A DNA stretch of 31,467 nt. It comes from a virus (taxonomy: Duplodnaviria > Caudoviricetes). A model generated the notes under the pieces. That model had not been told where the DNA came from, searched no databases, and was given only the letters and a program-made list of their open reading frames with translations. The translations under genes and the position numbers were made by a program. Each line of letters begins with the position of its first letter. Position 1 is the stretch's first letter. The stretch is taken from the IMG/VR virus record IMGVR_UViG_3300008003_000032, positions 1 to 31,467 of that record. One strand, given 5' to 3'. Positions 1-7,184 of the stretch are shown here, one piece after another.

Positions 1-22
1 AAGAAAAGAAATTAAAGATTAT

Positions 23-101
23 CTGGGTGTGGGGAAGTCAGGCCGTTCCCGCTACTTTTGGAAAGTAGAGCTCGAGAGTTCAAATCTCTCCTCCCAGACC
101 A
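23..101 (+). tRNA. trnP: tRNA-Pro(TGG)
   Basis: CTGGGTG/CTCCCAG acceptor (one mismatch), CTACT-TTTGGAA-AGTAG anticodon arm, GTTCAAATC T loop, encoded ACCA. Confidence 0.93.
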
Positions 102-243
102 AACTACTGATATCCACTATAGAGTACACCCTAGTTAAAGAATTAACTATAGGAATTCTAAGTGGCAACTTAAGTAAGTCTCGATAAAGCGGAAAAATTT
201 GGATAAAATCGTGATCTGCTATATTCTACTTAGTATCGGGTAT

Positions 244-333
244 TCCCAGCGGACAGGCATAGTGAACGTTACCGGCTGTTAACCGGATGACCATCGAAAG
301 GTGGGCGAGGGGCGGTACCTCGGCTGGGAGCCA
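244..333 (+). tRNA. trnN: atypical tRNA-Asn(GTT) with long variable arm
   Basis: TCCCAGC/GCTGGGA acceptor + GCCA, CCGG-CTGTTAA-CCGG anticodon arm, CCATC-GAAA-GGTGG variable hairpin, T stem CGAGG/CCTCG with non-canonical loop GGCGGTA. Confidence 0.8.
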
Positions 334-352
334 AAATAAAAATAAAAATTGA

Positions 353-380
353 TTGACAATAACGTGTTTCATGTTATTGT
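353..380 (+). promoter_or_regulatory. sigma70-type promoter
   Basis: TTGACA at 353, TG-n-TATTGT at 372-380, upstream of the pseudoknot and tRNAs. Confidence 0.55.
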
Positions 381-419
381 AAGAAATAACTTGATAAACA
401 CCTCAATATATGAAGCTCG

Positions 420-482
420 TCCTAGGAACTTTGATCCGGCGGTAAGTATGTTCCCTAGGGGTCTTCGATGGAAGTACGCCGG
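420..482 (+). ncRNA. putative H-type pseudoknot RNA, unknown function
   Basis: GC-rich island; 420-429 pairs with 450-460, loop segment 436-444 pairs with 475-482, CTTC-GATG-GAAG hairpin in between. Confidence 0.4.
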
Positions 483-511
483 CGGCAGTATATTAGTTGT
501 GTCAAGTTTAT

Positions 512-594
512 TGGGTAATGGTGGAATTGGTAGACACACCTGACTGTTAATCAGACGCGAAAGCATGTAGGTTTGAGACCTACTTACCCAGCCA
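512..594 (+). tRNA. trnN: tRNA-Asn(GTT) on a Leu-like class II scaffold
   Basis: TGGGTAA/TTACCCA acceptor + GCCA, D arm GTG-GAATTGGTAGA-CAC, loop CTGTTAA, variable arm CGCGAAAGCAT. Confidence 0.88.
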
Positions 595-644
595 AATTTT
601 AGTGGGGGACTCTAGTGATGCTGGTGCCCACACTGGCAAAATAA

Positions 645-678
645 TATTTGAACTATTTGAACTATTTGAACTATTTGA
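645..678. repeat. 9-bp tandem repeat (TATTTGAAC)x3.8
   Basis: read directly from sequence. Confidence 0.9.
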
Positions 679-694
679 TGATATATTATATAAT

Positions 695-770
695 GCCTTG
701 TAAGCTAACTTAGTAGAAGCGCCTGCCTGAAGAGCAGGAGGAGTTAGAGCGGAACTAACACAAGGCACCA
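695..770 (+). tRNA. trnF: tRNA-Phe(GAA)
   Basis: GCCTTGT/ACAAGGC acceptor, CCTGC-CTGAAGA-GCAGG, T loop AGCGGAA (atypical), ACCA. Confidence 0.9.
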
Positions 771-779
771 AAAATTAAG

Positions 780-1613
780 ATGAATTACAACAAAAAATAT
801 AACTGGACTGATATACAAAATTATTATAATTTAGGCCATTCTTGGCGTGAAATAATGGTAATGTTTGGGGTTTCTATGCGTGGAATACAAATGGCCACAA
901 AAAGAAATGATTTCATTAGCCATAGAACCTTTAATGAAAGTGTTAAACTAGCGAATAAAAAGAAACCCAAATACTATATGTCAGAAGAAAAAAGATTTGA
1001 ATTATCAAAAACACAAAGTGAAAAGAACAGAGGCGGTCGTTCTAAATGGTTTGATGTTAATGGCATTAAAGTTCAAGGAACATGGGAAAGAAATTTTGCT
1101 TTATTACTTTGTAATAAAAATATCAATTGGCGTCGAGGTACGCCCTTAAAGTATTGTATAGATGGTAAAAATAAACACTATACACCGGATTTTTATCTTC
1201 CTGATTATGATTTAAATATTGAAATAAAAGGATATTGGTGGGGTTCCGATAAAAGAAAAATAGATTGTATTATCCAACAATATCCAAACATAAAACTGAC
1301 GATACTTGAAGATGATAAAATATTTGAAGATTTTTTAATCAATTTAATATCTAAATGGAGATTAAAAATGTCAGATGATGGGAAATATAAAGTAATCATA
1401 CAACCTGGTGCTTTTGATTTTTTTGAAGGAACACAAGAAGAACTAGATCAACTTATGGAAACCCTAACCAAAGGTATCGAAGATGGTTCATTTTTTGAAA
1501 ATTCACAGACAATAGATATGGAATTATTAGCTGAAGAAGATCCCAAATTCTACGAGCATCTACAAAAACAATTAGATGACCTTGATACAGATAGAAATAA
1601 GAAATTAAATTAA
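780..1613 (+). CDS. PD-(D/E)XK-type free-standing endonuclease, in frame with a downstream acidic hypothetical protein
   Basis: YTPDFYLP..IEIKGYW nuclease motif, N-terminal HTH-like region; internal GGAG RBS and ATG at 1368. Confidence 0.7.
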   Translation: MNYNKKYNWTDIQNYYNLGHSWREIMVMFGVSMRGIQMATKRNDFISHRTFNESVKLANKKKPKYYMSEEKRFELSKTQSEKNRGGRSKWFDVNGIKVQGTWERNFALLLCNKNINWRRGTPLKYCIDGKNKHYTPDFYLPDYDLNIEIKGYWWGSDKRKIDCIIQQYPNIKLTILEDDKIFEDFLINLISKWRLKMSDDGKYKVIIQPGAFDFFEGTQEELDQLMETLTKGIEDGSFFENSQTIDMELLAEEDPKFYEHLQKQLDDLDTDRNKKLN

Positions 1614-1617
1614 CAAT

Positions 1618-1691
1618 GCCGAGTTGGTGTAGTAGCTGCACATCACACTGTGAATGTGGGAGAGTTGGGGCAGAACCAACACTCGGTACCA
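1618..1691 (+). tRNA. trnH: tRNA-His(GTG), A73, no G-1
   Basis: GCCGAGT/ACTCGGT acceptor + ACCA, TCACA-CTGTGAA-TGTGG, T loop GGCAGAA. Confidence 0.88.
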
Positions 1692-1694
1692 AAT

Positions 1695-1773
1695 GCGGGT
1701 AGACAAGCGTAAAGGCCGCGCAACAGACTTCCACTCTGTAGAACGGGGAGTTCAATTCTCCCTACCCGCTCCA
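1695..1773 (+). tRNA. trnG: tRNA-Gly(TCC)
   Basis: GCGGGTA/TACCCGC + TCCA (U73), ACAGA-CTTCCAC-TCTGT; irregular D arm. Confidence 0.88.
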
Positions 1774-1795
1774 AAATAAAAAAAAAAATAAATAA

Positions 1796-1823
1796 TTGAC
1801 AAAAAGCAAAATGCTGCTACTAT
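1796..1823 (+). promoter_or_regulatory. sigma70-type promoter
   Basis: TTGACA-16nt-TACTAT with TGn extension, ahead of tRNA-Glu. Confidence 0.65.
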
Positions 1824-1854
1824 AAACAGGTAGTTAGGAATAACTGCAATAAAT

Positions 1855-1929
1855 GGCGCCATAGTTCATTGGTTAGAACGCTGGGCTTTCAACCCGGAAA
1901 AGAGGGTTCAATCCCCTCTGGCACTACCA
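1855..1929 (+). tRNA. trnE: tRNA-Glu(TTC)
   Basis: CTGGG-CTTTCAA-CCCGG anticodon arm, GGTTCAATCC T loop, ACCA. Confidence 0.92.
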
Positions 1930-1936
1930 ATACCAT

Positions 1937-2013
1937 GCTCCTGTAGGCCAACTGGTAGAGTCGGCGGCTTTAGAAGCCGTGCGTTGGGGGTTCGAATCCC
2001 TCCAGGAGCACCA
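1937..2013 (+). tRNA. trnL: tRNA-Leu(TAG) with short variable loop
   Basis: GCTCCTG/CAGGAGC + ACCA, GCGGC-TTTAGAA-GCCGT, variable region only GCGTT. Confidence 0.92.
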
Positions 2014-2032
2014 ATTTGCATAGGAAAACACG

Positions 2033-2278
2033 ATGGCATTTTATCAAAATCCCTCAAATGGCTATCAGGAAACAGCAACTACACCTTTAAGTTGGTTATG
2101 GTGTTTGCTGTTTGGATGGCTTTACTTCCTATTTAATGGTAATTATAAACATGCACTTTTGTGGTTAATAGTATTTTTTATAACTGTCGGAATTAGTTGG
2201 TTGATATATCCGTTTTTTGTGTATACAATTAATAATAATTTTTATAAAAGGCAAGGTTGGGTTAAAATTGAAATTTAA
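2033..2278 (+). CDS. small membrane protein (DUF2628-like)
   Basis: 81 aa, hydrophobic W-rich helices (SWLWCLLFGWLYF), AGGA RBS. Confidence 0.7.
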   Translation: MAFYQNPSNGYQETATTPLSWLWCLLFGWLYFLFNGNYKHALLWLIVFFITVGISWLIYPFFVYTINNNFYKRQGWVKIEI

Positions 2279-2309
2279 TTTCAATTTTAACCTAATAATG
2301 CAAAATAAT

Positions 2310-2386
2310 GCCATAGTAGACCAACTGGTAGAGTCAACAGTTTCAAACACTGTAAGTTGGGGGTTCGAGTCCCCCGTGAGGTACCA
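2310..2386 (+). tRNA. trnL: tRNA-Leu(CAA), short variable loop, weak acceptor stem (possibly decaying)
   Basis: ACAGT-TTCAAAC-ACTGT, GGGGG-TTCGAGT-CCCCC, ACCA; two mismatches in acceptor. Confidence 0.8.
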
Positions 2387-2395
2387 AAGCATTAA

Positions 2396-3007
2396 TTAAT
2401 GAAAATTAATTTCTAATCGATTTTTATAAGACAATAATATTTCAGTAAATTCTGGTACTTTGGAGCTTAATAAGCCATCAGTAAGATCTTGAGCAAGAAC
2501 TATGCTTATGCCAAAAGCACCAATTACTTGGCTTTTATCATCCAATAAAGCACAACGAACTTGTAATCGGTTGGAATGCAAGGCAGGAGAGTTAGAACTA
2601 TGGCTAACAGCAGTTACAAAACTTGTGCAACCCCCGGATAATGTAATATCAATATTTGTTATTGATAAAAGTGGCATATTTTGTCGTTCTTGTATGGGAT
2701 TGGGTATGTCTGGTTTAGATTTAATATAGATTGCACTTGCATATCCCGGAGTAGAGTTGTTAATTAAATTACTATACCATCTTACTTCAGATCTTTCGTG
2801 AAATAACCAAATATAAAATAAATCAGCATTTGAATCTTCTATAATTTTAGTTGATATATTTTCAAAATTAAATAATGTTTTTTCATAGTTACTTGAATTA
2901 TTAAATCTATAAAGTCCATTATTGTATTTTGGCCAGAGCATGTTATAATTAAAGAAGGCTGCCGAAATAAAAAGACCTATTATAAAAAATGATATTTTAG
3001 TAATCAT
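2396..3007 (-). CDS. membrane-anchored GAF-like protein (T4 holin T-like), paralog 1
   Basis: N-terminal TM helix, LFH motif, two Cys (GGCTS; RCAL) then IGAFG, shared with 13312..13899 and 13933..14562; GAGG RBS. Confidence 0.6.
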   Translation of the reverse strand: MITKISFFIIGLFISAAFFNYNMLWPKYNNGLYRFNNSSNYEKTLFNFENISTKIIEDSNADLFYIWLFHERSEVRWYSNLINNSTPGYASAIYIKSKPDIPNPIQERQNMPLLSITNIDITLSGGCTSFVTAVSHSSNSPALHSNRLQVRCALLDDKSQVIGAFGISIVLAQDLTDGLLSSKVPEFTEILLSYKNRLEINFH

Positions 3008-3036
3008 GTTACACCTCGAGTAAATGTTGGTATTGT

Positions 3037-3085
3037 ATATTTATAATTCTAATAAGTATCGAATATTTATAATTCTAATAAGTAT
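3037..3085 (-). promoter_or_regulatory. 23-bp direct repeat carrying two T4-type late promoter boxes (TATAAATA on - strand)
   Basis: ATATTTATAATTCTAATAAGTAT at 3037-3059 and 3063-3085, upstream of 2396..3007(-). Confidence 0.6.
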
Positions 3086-3111
3086 TGTATATTAATAGTT
3101 AAATCAAAAAA

Positions 3112-3230
3112 TGTAACGCTACTTGGTAACACCGGTTAACATTCCCAAGTGTAAGGCGTACTGGCATGGACACGGAATGGGAGTAGCTACCCTTTTTAAA
3201 TGTATTCTGCTAAGTGCTGCGTTACAACCA
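3112..3230 (+). ncRNA. unknown ~119-nt structured RNA with tRNA-like acceptor end
   Basis: TGTAACGC/GCGTTACA 8-bp terminal helix + ACCA; internal ACTTGG/CCAAGT hairpin; no recognisable T or anticodon arm. Confidence 0.55.
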
Positions 3231-3234
3231 ATTT

Positions 3235-3315
3235 GCGCCGGTGACCCGAGTGACGAAGGGCGCGGACTTTTAATCCGCTATTCAAACACCGTGGGTGCGA
3301 GTCCCACCCGGCACA
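3235..3315 (+). tRNA. trnK: tRNA-Lys(TTT) with long variable region
   Basis: GCGGA-CTTTTAA-TCCGC, class II-like D arm CCC-GAGTGACGAA-GGG, 12-nt variable region, ends ACAA not ACCA. Confidence 0.85.
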
Positions 3316-3379
3316 CAAAAAATAATGACAAATATGTTCAAATATAGCATAGTAATAACTAGATAATACGGAGCATATT

Positions 3380-3832
3380 ATGGATCATTTTACCGAAGAA
3401 GAAGAAGAAATAGTAAAAAAGTTTTTTAGAAACAATTGCTTTTATTTGGTTACTTCTGAAAAATTAGAGCTATGCCAATCATGTAAGGGATTGGGTGTTA
3501 CTAGTCGAGAAGAATTAACTGATTACCATAAAGGCGAATATGGTACTTTTTACGATAAATGTAAAATATGCGATGCTGATGGTAGAATTATAGTTAGAAA
3601 AACTGAAATTAGTTTCAGAGGTTCTTATGAAAAGAAAGAAACTATTCCGTTAACCAAATATAATAAAGATCCATTAACAGGCGGACATACATCAAATAAA
3701 CGTTTTAGTGTGATTGTTGACGAACGAGATTGGACTTTAGAACGAGATAATCTAAAATTAGCTAATTTAAATTATGATAATTATAACAAATTAGTTAAAG
3801 AACTTAGAATGATAGAAAAACTTAAGAAATAA
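3380..3832 (+). CDS. hypothetical protein with DnaJ-type Cys-rich zinc finger
   Basis: CQSCKGLG and CKICDADG motifs; GGAG RBS. Confidence 0.75.
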   Translation: MDHFTEEEEEIVKKFFRNNCFYLVTSEKLELCQSCKGLGVTSREELTDYHKGEYGTFYDKCKICDADGRIIVRKTEISFRGSYEKKETIPLTKYNKDPLTGGHTSNKRFSVIVDERDWTLERDNLKLANLNYDNYNKLVKELRMIEKLKK

Positions 3833-3834
3833 TA

Positions 3835-4311
3835 TTAGTCTTCTGATATATTAATTAAATCTATATTATCAATTATATTTTTAATATTTTTGTTTTTAAA
3901 ATAATTCAAACTTAAATTAAGAAATAAATCTATTGGTAACATTTTTTCAATAAATTCACCGCTATTATTATGGAATTTAAAAGCTAATTCTTCGTAATTT
4001 TCACCACTATTTGTATCATTGGATTCAATAAGTATTGAAAAAATTATTTCTTGATAAGAAACAGGTAATGTGGGTGTTTTTCTCATTATTTTATTTTCGT
4101 CTACAAAATTATTCCAAAATGTCATTTTTATTAATTCTTCTCTTTGATTTGACATTATTATTATTTTTCTTATGTCTTCATATGAAGATAGCTCAATATA
4201 TGGATATGTTAAATCTTTTAAATCCTGATCTCTTATTGTCAAATATAATGGAACCGTAAAATTAAATCCAGCATTATTTAAAAACGCTCTTATAGTTAAA
4301 TGGTATAACAA
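3835..4311 (-). CDS. hypothetical protein (start uncertain; overlaps tRNA-Thr antisense)
   Basis: 158-codon ORF filling the gap, convergent with the previous gene. Confidence 0.55.
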   Translation of the reverse strand: MLYHLTIRAFLNNAGFNFTVPLYLTIRDQDLKDLTYPYIELSSYEDIRKIIIMSNQREELIKMTFWNNFVDENKIMRKTPTLPVSYQEIIFSILIESNDTNSGENYEELAFKFHNNSGEFIEKMLPIDLFLNLSLNYFKNKNIKNIIDNIDLINISED

Positions 4312-4359
4312 GAGTCTTGTAATCTCTAGTTTTCAGTTCGATTCTGAGTAGGAGCACCA
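4286..4359 (+). tRNA. trnT: tRNA-Thr(TGT)
   Basis: GCTCTTA/TAGGAGC + ACCA, loop CTTGTAA, GTTCGATTC T loop. Confidence 0.9.
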
Positions 4360-4366
4360 TACGACA

Positions 4367-4500
4367 TAATTAAGCCGAAGTTGAAAGGTTATCGTAACTT
4401 GTAACTTACCGTATCCGGGTTCGACTCCCGGTCCGTACACAATTTATGTGCGGGCGTGTTGGAACGTTGAAAAACATCTTTCACATTACTTGCTTAATTA
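4367..4500 (+). ncRNA. yrlA: Y RNA (YrlA-like) copy 1 with permuted tRNA module
   Basis: TAATTAAGC/GCTTAATTA terminal stem, bulged-C GCCGAAG/CTTGC helix, GGTTATCG, T arm CCGGG-TTCGACT-CCCGG, loop-closed acceptor TCCGTACA/TGTGCGGG, degenerate D arm. Confidence 0.8.
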
Positions 4501-4503
4501 CTT

Positions 4504-4587
4504 GGACCCGTGTGCTGAGCGGCCGAAAGCACCCGGCTCTTAACCGGAGATACCACACCGTAGGTTCGAATCCTACCGGGTCCACCA
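4504..4587 (+). tRNA. trnK: tRNA-Lys(CTT) with long variable region
   Basis: GGACCCG/CGGGTCC + ACCA, loop CTCTTAA, D arm GCT-GAGCGGCCGAA-AGC, 11-nt variable region. Confidence 0.9.
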
Positions 4588-4606
4588 AACATATAATGAG
4601 GCTACT

Positions 4607-4822
4607 ATGGATAATTATAAAAGCGACCTTCATATAATGATATGGTTAAATGATGATGTTTTTCTGGGACCAATTGCGGGTTTAGAAAAACGCATTGAAA
4701 CTCGGGTATTAAATAGTAGAGAATTTGAAGGTAGACGATTGTGTGATTATAAAATGGAAATAGTTAATGATAATAAATACGAAACTATTTTTCATGTTAA
4801 ATTATCAAGAAAGAAAACATAA
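4607..4822 (+). CDS. hypothetical protein
   Basis: 71 aa, GAGG RBS. Confidence 0.65.
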   Translation: MDNYKSDLHIMIWLNDDVFLGPIAGLEKRIETRVLNSREFEGRRLCDYKMEIVNDNKYETIFHVKLSRKKT

Positions 4823-4916
4823 ATCAGTCAAGTGTAATTTAATGAGTTAAAATACCCATAATTTCATGCGGGAATAGGTTGTTGGATTCAACCCATTTGA
4901 CTGATGTGTAACGGTC

Positions 4917-4994
4917 ATATATTGTGTGGTGTAGTCTAGTAGCAACACGGCCGGCAAAAAGATACCGTCTGTTTGATTCACCCCATGCAATGTA
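4917..4994 (+). ncRNA. ATATATTG/CAATGT-closed RNA, copy A (degenerate tRNA-like interior)
   Basis: 12-bp helix TATATTGTGTGG/CCATGCAATGTA; interior has D-like TAGTCTAGTAGCAAC and T-loop-like GTTTGATTC. Confidence 0.45.
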
Positions 4995-5014
4995 ATAATT
5001 TTTAGGAGAACAAA

Positions 5015-5263
5015 ATGCCGTTTTATTTTAATCCGGAAACCAGGACACTCGAAAAACAAGCCGCTAACAATATTGTTAGAATAGGCAAATTAAATAGAAA
5101 AATGGGCATACTTAACGGCAATGAGTTTATTTATTGCATTCCGGATTTTCTCAAAATAAATAATAGGAAAGAATTAGAACCTCTATTAAAAGAATATTTA
5201 CAAAAAGAAACAATTTCTATTAAAACTATTATGGACTTTGAAAGTAACTGTAATAGAAAATAA
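5015..5263 (+). CDS. hypothetical protein
   Basis: 82 aa, AGGAG RBS. Confidence 0.7.
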   Translation: MPFYFNPETRTLEKQAANNIVRIGKLNRKMGILNGNEFIYCIPDFLKINNRKELEPLLKEYLQKETISIKTIMDFESNCNRK

Positions 5264-5355
5264 ATCATATATTGTTATACTAGTATAAAGGTAACATATC
5301 CGGCTGAGATCTGGAAGATACGGTAGTCGAGTGCCGTGTAGAACAATGTGATTTA
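5261..5355 (+). ncRNA. ATATATTG/CAATGT-closed RNA, copy B: tRNA-like cloverleaf (GAG loop) on an extended acceptor helix, no CCA
   Basis: TAAATCAT-AT-ATTGTTATAC / GTAGAACAAT-GTGATTTA helix; TCCGG-CTGAGAT-CTGGA arm; ACGGTA-GTCGAG-TGCCGT T-like arm. Confidence 0.6.
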
Positions 5356-5356
5356 T

Positions 5357-5428
5357 GCCGCCATAGGTTAATGGTTAGACCACTGGGTTCTCAACCCGGG
5401 AATAGGAGTTCAATTCTCCTTGGCGGTA
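5357..5428 (+). tRNA. trnE: tRNA-Glu(CTC)
   Basis: GCCGCCA/TGGCGGT, CTGGG-TTCTCAA-CCCGG; ends ACTA. Confidence 0.9.
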
Positions 5429-5480
5429 CTAAGCTTAAAAATTTTTTAAGCTTATCAATAAACAAACAACCATTATTAAT

Positions 5481-5554
5481 GGCGGGTGGCAAGGCCTGGT
5501 GGTCTGTCAAGTCTCATAAATTTGAAAGCAGGTGTTCAATTCCCTGACCCGCAA
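5481..5554 (+). tRNA. trnM: divergent tRNA-Met(CAT), initiator-like
   Basis: GGCGGGT/ACCCGCA with 1:72 mismatch, loop CTCATAA, bulged T stem, lacks the three G-C anticodon-stem pairs; ends ACAA. Confidence 0.65.
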
Positions 5555-5572
5555 CAAACCGGGAGAAAAAAT

Positions 5573-5791
5573 ATGAATATTAAAAATATGGTCATGGGTG
5601 GCAAAACGGTTTCATTTATCCATTTTGTTAACAACGAACTTTGGTACAAAACAGAATGTGGTTTTGAATTTCCGGTACCTATAGAAGACGCGGGCAATGC
5701 TACTTTTCTAAACGTAGACAAAGCAATACTTTTTATGCGATATATTAGAAAGCATATTAAATTTTTGGCACAAGCAACAGAGGATAATTAA
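5573..5791 (+). CDS. conserved phage hypothetical protein
   Basis: GGAG RBS before ATG 5573 (track start 5486 lies inside a tRNA); FPVPIEDAGNATF motif. Confidence 0.75.
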   Translation: MNIKNMVMGGKTVSFIHFVNNELWYKTECGFEFPVPIEDAGNATFLNVDKAILFMRYIRKHIKFLAQATEDN

Positions 5792-5792
5792 A

Positions 5793-6209
5793 ATGCTTTA
5801 TGGTAAAGTAAGATCAGACATGATTGCCGCAAGAATGGCAAAGGAAAGTGAACGAGTAATTATTCTTTCAACCTTTTTGGGTGAACTAAGTGCTAATGCC
5901 AAAATTGTAAACGGTGTTAAAACTGTTACAGACGATGAAGTTGTTCAATTAGCTAAAAAGTTCATAAAAGGTCTAGATGAATTAATATCCGGTAACTATG
6001 AAAACACCAAAGCAATATTTGAAAAAGCAATATTATCCGAATATATTCCTGCTCAAATGTCTGAAGAACAGTTGACAGATATTATAAAGGAGTTAATATC
6101 CAATGGTGCAAATAACATGGGTATGGTTATGAAAGAACTCAAACAAACCCATGATGGCAAATATGATGGTAGATTAGCTTCAACCATAACCAAAGGATTG
6201 TTGAGATAA
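5793..6209 (+). CDS. yqeY: YqeY/GatB C-terminal domain protein
   Basis: E.AILSEYIPAQMSEEQL and MGMVMKELK..HDGKYDG signatures. Confidence 0.88.
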   Translation: MLYGKVRSDMIAARMAKESERVIILSTFLGELSANAKIVNGVKTVTDDEVVQLAKKFIKGLDELISGNYENTKAIFEKAILSEYIPAQMSEEQLTDIIKELISNGANNMGMVMKELKQTHDGKYDGRLASTITKGLLR

Positions 6210-6224
6210 TTAAGGATAATTTGT

Positions 6225-7001
6225 ATGAAACCAAATAAATTAAAAATTTTTAGAGATACGGTTAGTAAATATTCTTTGGCTCGCACTTATCCAAATGGCA
6301 GGGCTAGATTAAAGGACACATACAAGTTATTTTTATTTACAATAGATCATTCTGGATCTCCATATAATACATATAAAATTAAAAAAGAACTTTGGCAAGA
6401 TTGGTTTTCTCATAATTTTGCCAAAATATACAATTATATTGCTGCCGCTAATTATTTTGATTTCGAGGAAGCGGTAATTTATCATGGGTTTATGGGTGAT
6501 AGATTAAAAACTCGAATATATCTTACAAGTAAAAACTACAATAAATTGAGAAGATTTAGGGATAAATTTAAACTTCATTTGAATATACTTCAGACTGGTA
6601 AATTTGACTATACCAATATTAATGCAAAATGTATTGACGGCCATTGTTATAACGTATTTACTACCGAAGTTAATGACGTATCGGAAGTGAAAAAAGCGGG
6701 CCCTGATATAAAATTATTCCCCTACCATGTTAAAATACTTAACTTTTTTCAATCTTCACTTCATAATATTATAAAAAATTCGTTTAGAACTACCGTTTTT
6801 GAGTCGCCTGCTATTAATAATAGTTTCAATAATCATTTTTATTTTAATTCTAACGCGGATTTGGAAAACTTTTTGATGTTGATTCTCTTATCCTCTGATA
6901 GCACTGTGAATTATGAGTGTATAGATCACACGGAGACGCCCGTTGGCAGCTTGTGTGACTATTTACATAATAAAACACGTAGAATCTCGACGGGGCTGTA
7001 G
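6225..7001 (+). CDS. hypothetical protein
   Basis: 258-aa ORF, AAGGA RBS. Confidence 0.7.
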   Translation: MKPNKLKIFRDTVSKYSLARTYPNGRARLKDTYKLFLFTIDHSGSPYNTYKIKKELWQDWFSHNFAKIYNYIAAANYFDFEEAVIYHGFMGDRLKTRIYLTSKNYNKLRRFRDKFKLHLNILQTGKFDYTNINAKCIDGHCYNVFTTEVNDVSEVKKAGPDIKLFPYHVKILNFFQSSLHNIIKNSFRTTVFESPAINNSFNNHFYFNSNADLENFLMLILLSSDSTVNYECIDHTETPVGSLCDYLHNKTRRISTGL

Positions 7002-7089
7002 ATGCCCTTGTAGGGGATTTTAAAAATAAAAAACTTGGTTGACATTGGTTTAATAGAGTGTATATTAACAACATAAGTTGATACAAGAT

Positions 7090-7163
7090 GGGCTTGGCTA
7101 TGGGGTAGCGGATGATCCTTGCAAGATCGTTGTCAATGGGTTCGATTCCCATTAGGTCCACCA
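7090..7163 (+). tRNA. trnA: tRNA-Ala(TGC)
   Basis: GGGCTTG/TAGGTCC with G3:U70, A73, loop CTTGCAA, ACCA; compact D arm. Confidence 0.85.
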
Positions 7164-7184
7164 ACAAAGAATGGAGATAACGGA

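Noticed and set aside
645-678. CRISPR array
   Set aside because: Short tandem units with no spacers; the same applies to 12713-12751 and 3037-3085.
3112-3230. tmRNA piece
   Set aside because: No G3:U70 Ala acceptor, no T arm, no tag ORF.
4367-4500. Carrier motif as a glmS, hairpin or hammerhead ribozyme (GGTTATCG; GAAAAACA/ATTAC)
   Set aside because: Only short words match and the catalytic cores and pseudoknots are absent; the bulged-C Y RNA stem explains both strands better.
4856-4917. Possible sixth permuted tRNA (GGTTG-TTGGATT-CAACC T-like arm, then TGTAACGGT D-like loop)
   Set aside because: Only a 4-bp acceptor-like helix and no carrier stem or TTATCG; too weak to call.
7090-7163. 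tRNA-Cys(GCA) reading
   Set aside because: The 7-nt loop CTTGCAA centres on TGC, and G3:U70 with A73 indicates Ala.
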